Below, in pieces: positions 40,415 to 50,272 of a DNA stretch of 64,000 bases. This DNA is from Ginsengibacter sp. (lineage in GTDB: Bacteria; Bacteroidota; Bacteroidia; Chitinophagales; Chitinophagaceae). How positions within the stretch are numbered: the first letter of the stretch is position 1; the number at the start of each line of letters is the position of its first letter. The stretch covers positions 18,319-82,318 of the forward strand of contig JBQCIM010000117.1 in NCBI GenBank assembly GCA_051953735.1, given 5' to 3'. The notes under the pieces are model-generated. The model had not been told where the DNA came from. It did no database searches and worked only from the letters and a program-made list of their open reading frames with translations. A program made the position numbers and the translations under genes.

Positions 40415-41221
40415 TTAATCTTTAAAAATCAAAAGGCGCACTTCATTCGGCGCAATTTCTTTGATACGATAATCAAATTTTCTTTCTTTCAATTCAGGCA
40501 ATAAAAAAACAGGAATTCTTTTGTGATACACAAACAAGGCTTTGTCTTCCGGCAATTTTTCTATTTCGGAAAGAATCGTCATCATTGGTTGTGGCATTTC
40601 TAAATGGCGCACATCAACGATTTCGGTTTTTCCTTCAAACTTTTTGATCAGTTCATCCCAACCTTCAGAATTATTTTCCTGCCGGGTCACTTCAATCGGC
40701 ACTTCACTTTTTTTGTAAAAATAAGTTTCTATTGTTTGATCGTCCAGTTTGTCAACAAAGGAATCAAAGCCTTGTTTTTTCAATAAAGAAATTAACGGAG
40801 TCGGTTCAAAAGAATTGATGATTTTTAATGCGCTATTCGGCGAAATTGATTTTACTTTTTTGACGATCAAAGAAAGCGGATCATCGCCTGCGTTAATGAT
40901 TGGACGAACATCAAATTCAACAATTTGTTCTGGTTTTAATGAATTAAAAAAAGCAGGCAGTTTTGGTTTTTCAATGTTTGAGTCCGGCACAGTCTCCCTG
41001 TCTGGTTCAAATCCTAAAGGTTGTAATTTTTCAAAAAATTTTTCTACACTTATTCCCGCAATATTGGATGCCATGCCGATGCTGGTGCGTGCTGCCATCA
41101 GTTTTCGCAACAATGGATTTTTCAATTTTTCAAACTTCGGTGTGATGCTGATAATTGCTTCAAGAGCATCAGGATTTTGTTTTAAAATTCTCGAAATTTT
41201 TGTGTTCGCATTTATTGTCAT
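40415..41221 (-). CDS. DUF1858 plus two DUF2249 (TusA/SirA-like) domain protein
   Basis: INANTKIS N-domain; FDVR..DPL..INSFEPTPL; VDVRHLEMPQPM..HKRIPVFL. Confidence 0.82.
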   Translation of the reverse strand: MTINANTKISRILKQNPDALEAIISITPKFEKLKNPLLRKLMAARTSIGMASNIAGISVEKFFEKLQPLGFEPDRETVPDSNIEKPKLPAFFNSLKPEQIVEFDVRPIINAGDDPLSLIVKKVKSISPNSALKIINSFEPTPLISLLKKQGFDSFVDKLDDQTIETYFYKKSEVPIEVTRQENNSEGWDELIKKFEGKTEIVDVRHLEMPQPMMTILSEIEKLPEDKALFVYHKRIPVFLLPELKERKFDYRIKEIAPNEVRLLIFKD

Positions 41222-41346
41222 AAAGGCATTGTTTATTCCAAAAACAGCAGCACAGGCAATCTTACTTTCAGGATTGAAACACCCTAATTTTCAATCAGAC
41301 AACAAGAAAGCCCGGCACCGCGTTTTGGTAATTAAACTCTAGTTTT

Positions 41347-42810
41347 TCAGTTACTTTTTTCCAGATCCAATGCTTTTGGAAACAGAATATTGTTTTCAAG
41401 ATGAACGTGGACATGCAAATCATTTTCAAATTCATCTAAAGTTTTAAACAAGAAAGAATAACTAGCGCATGCATCTTCCGGAAGGTGATAATTGTTGGTT
41501 ATTTTCCTGATCTCGTCCATGTTTCCTCCAACCAGCTCATGTTCCATTTCCATCATGTTGATCGGTGTTTCAACTGTTTGAAGATTTCCAAATTGAACCT
41601 TTCTTTGTCCGTTATTTTTTGCAGCCACCAACTGTTTTACGTAAGGAAATAAAACAGTTTCTTCTTTCACCATATGAGAAGACATTTCGTCGCAAACTTC
41701 CTGCGCAAGCTGGTTAATGCGCAACAATTCCGGGTGATGAGCGCCATGAACTTTGGCAACTTTTCCTGCATAATTTCGTATGTCAATAATTGTTTTCTTT
41801 ACGTAACTGTGGTGTGTGTTCACAATATAATCAGCAAGAAAATCAAGATTCCAGTCGTTGTAGGGCAGCGGTTTTGCAGTAAACGAACTTTTATCGCTGT
41901 TTTGTAATTCCTGCTCAACCTTCGTTACATCAATTCCTTTTTCTGCGCACGCTTCTTTCACAGTTTTCTTTCCTCCGCAACAAAAATCCAAGCCGTATTT
42001 TTTAAACACTTCTGCTTTGCGTAAATCTTTTGCAGCAATTTCTCCAAGCGTTTCGTCTGCTTCACCTTCTGTACGCTTTAAGATTTTTACACGCCATATT
42101 TTCGGACCTTGTTCCAAATATTCCCAGGTAAAAATATTTCCTCTTTCTCCGAGCAATTGGTAATACAAAGGTTTAGGATCGTGATCATTATGAATGGTCA
42201 AACTTTCGCCAGGTTTTAATTCATCAAACTTTACAAAAATGGTTGGATGTTTTAATTTAGGCTCGATTGCTGTAACGTTTAAAATGTTTTCAGAAGATCT
42301 TGCTTCTTCGGGTTCAGCATTTGCTAATTTATTTTTAGTAATTTTTATTCTGAATAATTCCGGACCTTGTTCCAGGTATTCCCATTGAAAAATATTTCCT
42401 TTTAGATTTTCCAGTTGAAAACGAAGCGGGCGCGGATCATGATCATTGTGCAAAACGAAGTTTTCGCCGGGTTTCAGCGAATCAAAGCGGTTAAAAATAG
42501 TAGCATGCTTTACTGATGGATGTAATAAAGTAGCATCCAAAATATTCTCATCTTCTTCAGACGTTTTTTTATTTTTTGTGATTTTTACTTTCCACGTTTC
42601 TGGCCCTTGCTCCAAATATTGCCATGAAAAAATATCGCCTCTTTCAGCAGATAATTCATAATAAAGCGGCTTTGGATCATGATCATTATGAAGAATGAGG
42701 CTTTCGCCTGAAATTAATTCATCAAATCTTTCAAAGATGGTTGGATGTTTCAATTTTGGCTCTATTAAACTTACATTGAGAATATTTTCATTCTCTAAAG
42801 CTGTATTCAT
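41347..42810 (-). CDS. ric: Iron-sulfur cluster repair di-iron protein (RIC) with three N-terminal DUF2249 domains
   Basis: Three copies of ENIL...HNDHDP.PL...YLEQGP; GLDFCCGG (ScdA_N); hemerythrin ligands HH, HMVKEE, EHE, HVHLENNILFP. Confidence 0.92.
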   Translation of the reverse strand: MNTALENENILNVSLIEPKLKHPTIFERFDELISGESLILHNDHDPKPLYYELSAERGDIFSWQYLEQGPETWKVKITKNKKTSEEDENILDATLLHPSVKHATIFNRFDSLKPGENFVLHNDHDPRPLRFQLENLKGNIFQWEYLEQGPELFRIKITKNKLANAEPEEARSSENILNVTAIEPKLKHPTIFVKFDELKPGESLTIHNDHDPKPLYYQLLGERGNIFTWEYLEQGPKIWRVKILKRTEGEADETLGEIAAKDLRKAEVFKKYGLDFCCGGKKTVKEACAEKGIDVTKVEQELQNSDKSSFTAKPLPYNDWNLDFLADYIVNTHHSYVKKTIIDIRNYAGKVAKVHGAHHPELLRINQLAQEVCDEMSSHMVKEETVLFPYVKQLVAAKNNGQRKVQFGNLQTVETPINMMEMEHELVGGNMDEIRKITNNYHLPEDACASYSFLFKTLDEFENDLHVHVHLENNILFPKALDLEKSN

Positions 42811-42863
42811 TAGTGTAATGTTTTATAAATAATAATTGAAAACAAAGATAACAAAGGTGACCA

Positions 42864-42889
42864 AATAAAAGTATTTCTATACTTTTATT
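42864..42889. promoter_or_regulatory. Candidate Rrf2 operator: inverted repeat AATAAAAGTAT-ttct-ATACTTTTATT
   Basis: Perfect 11-bp arms just upstream of the minus-strand -7 box TATCTTTG (42850-42843) of ric. Confidence 0.7.
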
Positions 42890-42920
42890 GTTTCAGAAAT
42901 TCCCGATTTCGACAAAAGAA

Positions 42921-42943
42921 AAAACAGGCTTAAAAGCTTGTTT
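42921..42943 (-). terminator. Probable terminator after chrA
   Basis: Minus strand AAACAAGCTT-tt-AAGCCTGTTT followed by a T tract. Confidence 0.55.
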
Positions 42944-42955
42944 ACCTGAAAAAAG

Positions 42956-44176
42956 TCAGAAAATAAACCCGATGATGAGACACCCCAAAACAATAAACGG
43001 AGCAGGAATTTTTGTGAAAGTAAGAAGATAAAAAGTACCGATGATAACAACGATATTTACAACACTAACAGTGTTTAAAGCTGTGATTGAAATATCTTTT
43101 ACAAGATAAAGAAAAGATGCCCACATAATTCCCACGACGACTGCATTAATTCCTTCCAGCGAGCGATAAACGACTACATATTTTTTTAAAATTTGCCAAA
43201 CAGGAAAAAAGAATAAAACCAGCAAAGCGCTTGGCAAAAAAATGCCGATACAACCAATAAGACATCCTAATATTTGCCACGTCGGACCGTAATCACGAAG
43301 CACCATTCCACCCACATAAGAGGTAACCGAAAACACCGGACCGGGAATCGCGCGAACAATTCCCCAACCAGTTAAATATTCTTCTTTGGTCAAATAATTT
43401 GATTTCTCGCGGGTAACATATTGTTCATACATCATGGGCATCAACACATCGCCTCCGCCGAAAACGAGACTTCCATAACGGTACACATTTTCTGAAAGAT
43501 TGAAAGCTCTTTTGTGTTCCCAGTTTTGTTTTCTTGCTGTTTCACTCAAAAAGCCTACGACAATGAAAATCAAAATGAATAGCCAAATGTTTGTCCATTT
43601 TATATGGCGCGGTTTGACATTGTCCTTTTGAGGATATCTTCTGTCACTGAAGTTGGTGACCACTCCTCCCAAAACGATCAGTATTGGAAAGACCCATGGA
43701 GTTTTAAAAAAAAGATAGGTACCGATGGCGCCTACGATCATAATAATAAAGGTGATCTTATTTTTAATAGAAACTTTATACATTCTGAAAGCAGCGAATG
43801 CGATAAAGCCAACAGCCATTGGCTGAATATAAGAAAAAAGATCAAGGCTTACATGATAGGTGTTGACATAATAAAACAGAAAAGAAAAAATTCCCATCAA
43901 AATACTGGCAGGAAAAATCCAAATCAAAAGAGTAAGAATAGCAAGAGGAACGCCGCCGCGTTTATAACCAATCAGCGTTATGGTTTGCGTGGAAGACGCG
44001 CCAGGCAAGAGTTGACAAAATGCGACGTATTCCATCAATTCTTCTTTCGTTACATCCCTTCGTCCTTCTACAAATGTTTTCATCATCATTCCCAAATGAC
44101 CTTGCGGGCCGCCGAAGGCGGAAATAGTATAATAAAAAACCGCTTTTAAAAAAGGAATGTGCCTGTGCAGTACCAT
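42956..44176 (-). CDS. chrA: Long-chain chromate transporter (CHR family)
   Basis: Two CHR halves: [10 protein letters not shown]...QLLPGASS and FGGGDVL...RAIPGP. Confidence 0.92.
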   Translation of the reverse strand: MVLHRHIPFLKAVFYYTISAFGGPQGHLGMMMKTFVEGRRDVTKEELMEYVAFCQLLPGASSTQTITLIGYKRGGVPLAILTLLIWIFPASILMGIFSFLFYYVNTYHVSLDLFSYIQPMAVGFIAFAAFRMYKVSIKNKITFIIMIVGAIGTYLFFKTPWVFPILIVLGGVVTNFSDRRYPQKDNVKPRHIKWTNIWLFILIFIVVGFLSETARKQNWEHKRAFNLSENVYRYGSLVFGGGDVLMPMMYEQYVTREKSNYLTKEEYLTGWGIVRAIPGPVFSVTSYVGGMVLRDYGPTWQILGCLIGCIGIFLPSALLVLFFFPVWQILKKYVVVYRSLEGINAVVVGIMWASFLYLVKDISITALNTVSVVNIVVIIGTFYLLTFTKIPAPFIVLGCLIIGFIF

Positions 44177-44277
44177 GAAAATATTGTTTTAAAAATCGTT
44201 TTCTGTTAGTACCGCATCAGTTTAAAATGATACATTTCATCTTTCCAATTTTCTTTTGCAATTAATTTTAACGTCAT

Positions 44278-45222
44278 TTATTTCTTCAAACCAATCTCTC
44301 TCAAACGCTCATCAAGGTATTCTCCTGCCGTGATGTTTTCATAGACCTTCGGATGATTTTCATCCACGCATTCCTCAAGAGCAGAAAGATCCATTGCAGA
44401 TTTTGGATGAAGAAAAAACGGAATCGAAAATCTTGATGTATGCCACAATTCACGCGGAGGATTTACGACTCTGTGCGTTGTGCTTTTTAATTTATTGTTA
44501 GTAAGTCGTTGCAGCATATCACCAACATTCACCACGATCTGATCAGGTAAAGAAGTGACGCCGATCCATTCATTTTGTTTCGTCAGAATTTCCAAACCAC
44601 CAGCTGATGCGCCTACCAATAAAGTGATCAGGTTAATATCTTCATGTTGTTCTGCACGAATGGCGCTTTGGGGCTCAACGGTTATTGGTGGATAATGAAT
44701 GGCGCGAACAATTGAATTTCCTTCTTCCACAAAATCGTCAAAATAATTTTCATCCAAGCCAAGATAAAGCGCAATCGCCTGCAGCAAAGATTTTCCCGAT
44801 TTTTCAAAAGCACGATAAGCTTTGAAAAGCGTTTCATTAAATCCTTCAACTTCCGCTACACTTACATTATCGGGATATTCAGCCTTCAATGGATGATTTG
44901 CAGGAACAGTTTGTCCGTATTGAAAAAACTCTTTCAGGTCGGGCGCATCACTTCCCTTTGCATGTTCTTTTCCAAAAGAAGTATAACCCCTTTGTCCGGC
45001 AAGTTCCGGAATTTCATAAGCGCGTTTTTTATCAGAAGGAAGAGAAAAAAATTGCTGCACATATTTATAAAGATCCGCGATAAGATGTGCAGGAATTCCA
45101 TGATTTTTCACGGCCACAAAACCGACGTCTTCATACGCTTTTCCCAACCGCTGAACGAAAGATTCTTTTAGCTTTGGATCGCCGCCGGTAAAGTCCGAAA
45201 GATCAACTACTGGTATGGTCAT
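44278..45222 (-). CDS. 2-oxoglutarate/Fe(II) dioxygenase (isopenicillin N synthase family)
   Basis: IPVVDL DIOX_N domain, HEDINLIT (HxD), STTHRV, RFSIPFF. Confidence 0.92.
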   Translation of the reverse strand: MTIPVVDLSDFTGGDPKLKESFVQRLGKAYEDVGFVAVKNHGIPAHLIADLYKYVQQFFSLPSDKKRAYEIPELAGQRGYTSFGKEHAKGSDAPDLKEFFQYGQTVPANHPLKAEYPDNVSVAEVEGFNETLFKAYRAFEKSGKSLLQAIALYLGLDENYFDDFVEEGNSIVRAIHYPPITVEPQSAIRAEQHEDINLITLLVGASAGGLEILTKQNEWIGVTSLPDQIVVNVGDMLQRLTNNKLKSTTHRVVNPPRELWHTSRFSIPFFLHPKSAMDLSALEECVDENHPKVYENITAGEYLDERLREIGLKK

Positions 45223-45268
45223 TGCATCAAAAATTTAAAATTTTAAAATAGCGAATGTAGCTTAGCTC

Positions 45269-46327
45269 ATGTCAATTTACAAACAAAATTTTTTATCTAA
45301 AAATATAGTTTTTCTTTTTTTACTTTTTCCTTTTTGGCTGCTGAATTCATGCGCACATAAAATTTCCGGACAGTCGATAACTTATTCTTTTAAAACCAAA
45401 AACCATGTTCCTGACTACAGCGATTTAAATTATTGGGCCGCGTCTCCATTCAAATATGATCCGTCAGACAATGTTCCAAAAGATTTAAAAGACGGGCAAA
45501 AAGATTCTATTGCAGATGTGTTTTTTATTTATCCTACTTCTTATACAGATCGCAAAATGCCGGATGGTTGGAACGCAAATATTGATGATGCCGCTGTGAA
45601 TAAAAAAACAGATGAGAGCTCCATCCTTTACCAGGCAAGTATTTTCAACAAATATTGCCGCGTATTTGCACCGAGATACCGGCAGGCAAATCTTTTTGCA
45701 TTTTATACAAAAAACAAAGATTCTGCAAATGCTGCTTTGAATTTAGCATACGAAGATGTAAAAAATGCTTTTGAATATTATTTGAAAAATTACAATCACG
45801 GACGACCTATCATCATCGCTTCTCATAGCCAGGGAACATGGCATGCTGGAAAATTGTTGAAAGAATTTTTTGAAGGAAAACCGTTGCAAAAACAATTGGT
45901 CTGCGCGTACATTATTGGCTTGCCGGTTTTTGAAAATTATTTTTCTCAGCTAAAACCTTGCGAAGATTCTACTTCAACGGGTTGCTTTGTCAGTTGGCGA
46001 ACTTTTGAAGAAGGATATGTGCCAAATTATATCCAGAAGGAAACATTGAAAGCATACGTTATCAATCCGCTTACATGGACGACGGATACCACTCTCGCTC
46101 CGGATTATTTAAACAAAGGTGGTGTGCTTCGCAATTTTAATAGAGTAATTTCCGGATTGGTTCATGCGCAAATTCATGGAAATGTTTTGTGGGTAAACAA
46201 GCCAAAATTTTTTGGAAGTATTTTTCTAAAAACGAAAAATTATCACATTGCTGATTACAATCTTTTTTACGAAAATATCAGGGAAAACGTCGGAACAAGA
46301 ATCATATCTTTTTTGAAAAACCAATAA
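45269..46327 (+). CDS. DUF3089 family putative lipoprotein hydrolase
   Basis: Lipobox LNSC, DVFFIYPT, FAPRYRQ, SHSQG, YHIADYNLFY. Confidence 0.85.
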   Translation: MSIYKQNFLSKNIVFLFLLFPFWLLNSCAHKISGQSITYSFKTKNHVPDYSDLNYWAASPFKYDPSDNVPKDLKDGQKDSIADVFFIYPTSYTDRKMPDGWNANIDDAAVNKKTDESSILYQASIFNKYCRVFAPRYRQANLFAFYTKNKDSANAALNLAYEDVKNAFEYYLKNYNHGRPIIIASHSQGTWHAGKLLKEFFEGKPLQKQLVCAYIIGLPVFENYFSQLKPCEDSTSTGCFVSWRTFEEGYVPNYIQKETLKAYVINPLTWTTDTTLAPDYLNKGGVLRNFNRVISGLVHAQIHGNVLWVNKPKFFGSIFLKTKNYHIADYNLFYENIRENVGTRIISFLKNQ

Positions 46328-46580
46328 ATTTTTTTGGTTTAAACTTTTTATTGTACCTAACCGCCATGCACAAACGGAACTAATTTAGACATTCGTTTTC
46401 CAATTACAGTAAAGAAATAAATAAAGTGGATTCTTATTTTATACATAACATAAAAGAATCGTACTTCGCTTTTCAGAAGAACATTAATAAAACAAAGAGC
46501 ATCGATTAAGTGCTACTTTATAGTAAACAAAAAAATAAGCTCGGTTTCTTATTTTTATAAAATGTGGTAACTCTGTAAAC

Positions 46581-46838
46581 TTATCTTTTTCTTTTTTGCG
46601 GATCACCAAACAATTTTACTAATAAATTGTAGAAGAATTTCGAATAATCTTTATGCTTGCCACCAATCAATCTATAGGCAAAAATTATTAGAAGAATGTA
46701 AATAATTGGTTGCAGAACGCCGCTATCGGTAATGTATGCAACAAGCGGTTTCGAAGGATGATTCATATCACCATATTTTCCTAAAAGTAAAAGCACCATA
46801 CAAACTCCTAAAAGGAATTCAGCAATAGGTTTTATCAT
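46581..46838 (-). CDS. Small two-TM hypothetical protein (likely ATG 46838)
   Basis: Open frame directly downstream of asnS, two hydrophobic segments, basic C-terminus. Confidence 0.55.
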   Translation of the reverse strand: MIKPIAEFLLGVCMVLLLLGKYGDMNHPSKPLVAYITDSGVLQPIIYILLIIFAYRLIGGKHKDYSKFFYNLLVKLFGDPQKRKR

Positions 46839-46858
46839 TTGAAAAATTTTATATGCAA

Positions 46859-48298
46859 TCAAAATTCGACATTCTTTGGGTACCGCGGAAAAGGAATTAC
46901 ATCGCGGATGTTGGTCATTCCGGTTACAAACTGGATCAGTCTTTCAAAACCAAGTCCAAAGCCGGCGTGAGGCGCGCTTCCAAATCTTCTTGTATCGAGA
47001 TACCAGTTCATTTCTTCAACCGGAATATTCATTTCACGCATTCTTTTTTCCAACACATCCAATCTTTCCTCACGTTGCGAGCCGCCCACAATTTCACCAA
47101 TTCCCGGCGCCAGAATATCCATCGCTGCAACCGTTTTTCCATCGTCATTTTGGCGCATGTAAAATGCTTTGATCGCTTTCGGATAATTGATCAGAATAAC
47201 CGGTTTTTTAAAATGTTTTTCTACCAGATAGCGCTCGTGCTCGCTCTGCAAATCAATTCCCCATTTGTCAACCGCATATTGAAATTTCTTTTTCTTATTT
47301 GCCGGAGAATTTTTTAAAATTTCTATCGCTTCTGTATAGGTTAATCTTTCGAAATCATTATTAATTACAAATTCCAGTTTTTCGATCAATCCCATTTCAC
47401 TTCTTTCATTCTGTGGCTTTTGTTTTTCTTCTTCTGCTAATCTTGTCGCTAAAAAACCCAGATCTTCCCGGTTATGTTCAAGCGCATATTTAATAATATA
47501 CTTGATAAATTCTTCCGCAAGGTTCATGTCGTCTTCCAAATCTGAAAAAGCCATTTCGGGCTCGATCATCCAGAATTCCGCAAGATGGCGCGCCGTATTG
47601 GAATTTTCTGCCCGAAAAGTTGGACCAAAAGTATAAACATCTCCCAATGCCATTGCAGCGAGCTCGGCTTCGAGTTGTCCACTAACAGTAAGATTGGATG
47701 CTTTTCCAAAAAAATCTTCTTTATAATTGATGGTTCCGTCTTCGTTTTTAACTGGATGTTCCAAATCAAATGAGGTAACATGAAACGTTTCTCCCGCACC
47801 TTCCGCATCAGAAGCGGTAATGATTGGCGAATGCAAATACACAAAACCTTTTTTATTAAAAAATTCATGAATCGCAAAAGCGAGTGAATGTCTTACTCTG
47901 AAAATTGCACCAAAAGTATTGGTACGAAAACGCAAATGCGCTTTTTCTCTTAAAAACTCAAGGCTGTGTTTTTTGGGTTGAAGTGGAAATTTTTCCGCAT
48001 CACTGTCGCCCAGCACTTCCACCAATTGTGCTTTTAATTCCACTTTTTGACCCTTTCCCAGAGAAGGAACTAAAATTCCTGAAATTTTTAACGCGGCTCC
48101 TGTAGTAATTCTTTTTAAAAGTGAATCATCAAATTTGCCTAGTTCCAACACTATTTGAAGATTGGAATTGGTGCTTCCATCGTTCAAAGCGATAAATTGA
48201 TTATTTCTGAAAGTACGAACCCAGCCCATTATAGTTAATTCCTGGTTAATTAAATCATCTTCCAAAACATCTTTAATGCGTACTCTTTTGTTAAACAT
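46859..48298 (-). CDS. asnS: Asparagine--tRNA ligase
   Basis: [48 protein letters not shown]. Confidence 0.98.
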   Translation of the reverse strand: MFNKRVRIKDVLEDDLINQELTIMGWVRTFRNNQFIALNDGSTNSNLQIVLELGKFDDSLLKRITTGAALKISGILVPSLGKGQKVELKAQLVEVLGDSDAEKFPLQPKKHSLEFLREKAHLRFRTNTFGAIFRVRHSLAFAIHEFFNKKGFVYLHSPIITASDAEGAGETFHVTSFDLEHPVKNEDGTINYKEDFFGKASNLTVSGQLEAELAAMALGDVYTFGPTFRAENSNTARHLAEFWMIEPEMAFSDLEDDMNLAEEFIKYIIKYALEHNREDLGFLATRLAEEEKQKPQNERSEMGLIEKLEFVINNDFERLTYTEAIEILKNSPANKKKKFQYAVDKWGIDLQSEHERYLVEKHFKKPVILINYPKAIKAFYMRQNDDGKTVAAMDILAPGIGEIVGGSQREERLDVLEKRMREMNIPVEEMNWYLDTRRFGSAPHAGFGLGFERLIQFVTGMTNIRDVIPFPRYPKNVEF

Positions 48299-48600
48299 CT
48301 GCTTTATTTAGAAACGCAAATATAATTCAACAGCAGAAAATTTTTGGTCTAATCCTTGTTTTACACGTATTTTAAGAGATACCGGATTGTGTTTTAGTCA
48401 TCCGCAATTGGTACATAAAAAGAAAAAAATTTATTGTTTTTATTATTTTAGTGTAATATTGCATTCAGATTAAAGCTGACTAGTTTTCCTTTTGCTACGA
48501 TTACATCAGTGTTAACAGAATCCCATTCCATTATAAATATCAAATATTAGATTTTTACAACCCCAATTTGTGTTTTGACTATTAATCTATACGTCTCTTT

Positions 48601-50253
48601 ATGTATGACATTTTACAACTGAACGATATGCTCGTTCCGGAGTTGCTTGATATTGCAGAGCAACAAAATATAACCGACGCAAAAAATTTACAAAAACAGG
48701 AATTGATCTATAAAATTCTTGACAAACAAGCATCAATGGCTACCAACGATAAAAAAGAAACTACTTCTGAAAGACCTAAGCGTAAACGGATTGTAAAATC
48801 TGTAAAGAAAGAGGTTGCAGAACCTGTGGCTGTAGAAGAAGATAAAGAATTAAAACCTAAAAGAACTGAGGAAAAGAAAAAACCGGTTAAAAAACCGAAA
48901 GAGGAAGCTGTTGCAGTAAAACCAGAGTTTGATTTTTTTGACAGTGAAGGTGAGGAGGAAGAAGATGATCATGTAGAACATCTTGCAGATCCAAAAACGA
49001 TTGCACCTGCGTTAATAGAATTATTGAAAAATGAAGATGAGGAAGAAGAAGAGCAGATGCCGCCGCTTCCGATAAACAATGGACATCAGCATCATTCAAA
49101 AAATTTTCAAAAGAAGGAACCGGCATTCAATATTGAATTTGACGGAATCATTTTAGCCGAAGGCGTTTTGGAAATGATGCCTGACGGTTACGGGTTTTTA
49201 AGAAGCAGTGATTATAATTACCTCTCTTCTCCGGATGATGTTTACGTTTCTCCTTCTCAAATAAAATTATTCGGTTTAAAAACAGGCGACACCGTTTATG
49301 GTTCTGTTCGCCCACCAAAAGAAGGGGAAAAATATTTTGCTTTATTGAAAGTGGAAACGATCAATGGAAAAGGACCTGACGAAGTGCGCGACCGCGTTCC
49401 TTTTGATTATCTGACACCGTTGTTTCCTTATCAAAAACTGAATTTATTTACTTCTCCTAATAATTTATCTACCAGGATCATTGATCTTTTTACTCCCATC
49501 GGAAAAGGCCAGCGTGGACTAATTGTTGCGCAGCCAAAAACCGGTAAAACCATGTTGCTGAAAGAAATTGCAAACGCAATTGCAGAAAATCATCCTGAGT
49601 GTTATTTAATGATCGTGTTAGTGGATGAAAGACCAGAAGAGGTTACCGATATGGAACGCAGCGTAAAAGCTGAAGTCATTGCTTCTACTTTTGACGAGCC
49701 TGCTGAAAAACATGTGAAAGTGAGTACGATGGCTTTGCAAAAAGCAAAACGTTTGGTAGAATGCGGACACGATGTGGTTATTTTATTAGATAGTATTACC
49801 CGTTTGGCTCGTGCGCACAACACCGTTTCTCCGGCAAGTGGAAAAGTTTTATCCGGTGGTGTGGAAGCAAATGCAATGCAAAAACCAAAACAATTTTTTG
49901 GCGCTGCGCGTAAAATTGAAAATGGTGGTTCGCTGACAATTATTGCAACAGCGTTGGTTGATACCGGAAGCAAAATGGACGAAGTGATCTTTGAAGAATT
50001 CAAAGGAACAGGTAATATGGAATTGCAGCTTGACAGGAGATTGTCTAACCGTAGAATTTTCCCTGCTATTGATATCATTTCTTCTTCAACACGCCGCGAC
50101 GATTTGTTGCTTGATAAAGATGTACTTCAGAGAATGTGGATCTTAAGAAATCACATGGCCGATATGAATCCGGAAGAAGCGATCAACACTTTGATGAAAA
50201 ACATGAAAGGAACGAAGGACAATGCGGAATTCCTTACGTCTATGAATGGATAA
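48601..50253 (+). CDS. rho: Transcription termination factor Rho with a K/E-rich N-terminal insertion
   Basis: [48 protein letters not shown]. Confidence 0.98.
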   Translation: MYDILQLNDMLVPELLDIAEQQNITDAKNLQKQELIYKILDKQASMATNDKKETTSERPKRKRIVKSVKKEVAEPVAVEEDKELKPKRTEEKKKPVKKPKEEAVAVKPEFDFFDSEGEEEEDDHVEHLADPKTIAPALIELLKNEDEEEEEQMPPLPINNGHQHHSKNFQKKEPAFNIEFDGIILAEGVLEMMPDGYGFLRSSDYNYLSSPDDVYVSPSQIKLFGLKTGDTVYGSVRPPKEGEKYFALLKVETINGKGPDEVRDRVPFDYLTPLFPYQKLNLFTSPNNLSTRIIDLFTPIGKGQRGLIVAQPKTGKTMLLKEIANAIAENHPECYLMIVLVDERPEEVTDMERSVKAEVIASTFDEPAEKHVKVSTMALQKAKRLVECGHDVVILLDSITRLARAHNTVSPASGKVLSGGVEANAMQKPKQFFGAARKIENGGSLTIIATALVDTGSKMDEVIFEEFKGTGNMELQLDRRLSNRRIFPAIDIISSSTRRDDLLLDKDVLQRMWILRNHMADMNPEEAINTLMKNMKGTKDNAEFLTSMNG

Positions 50254-50272
50254 AATCGAAATAAAAGTCGGT

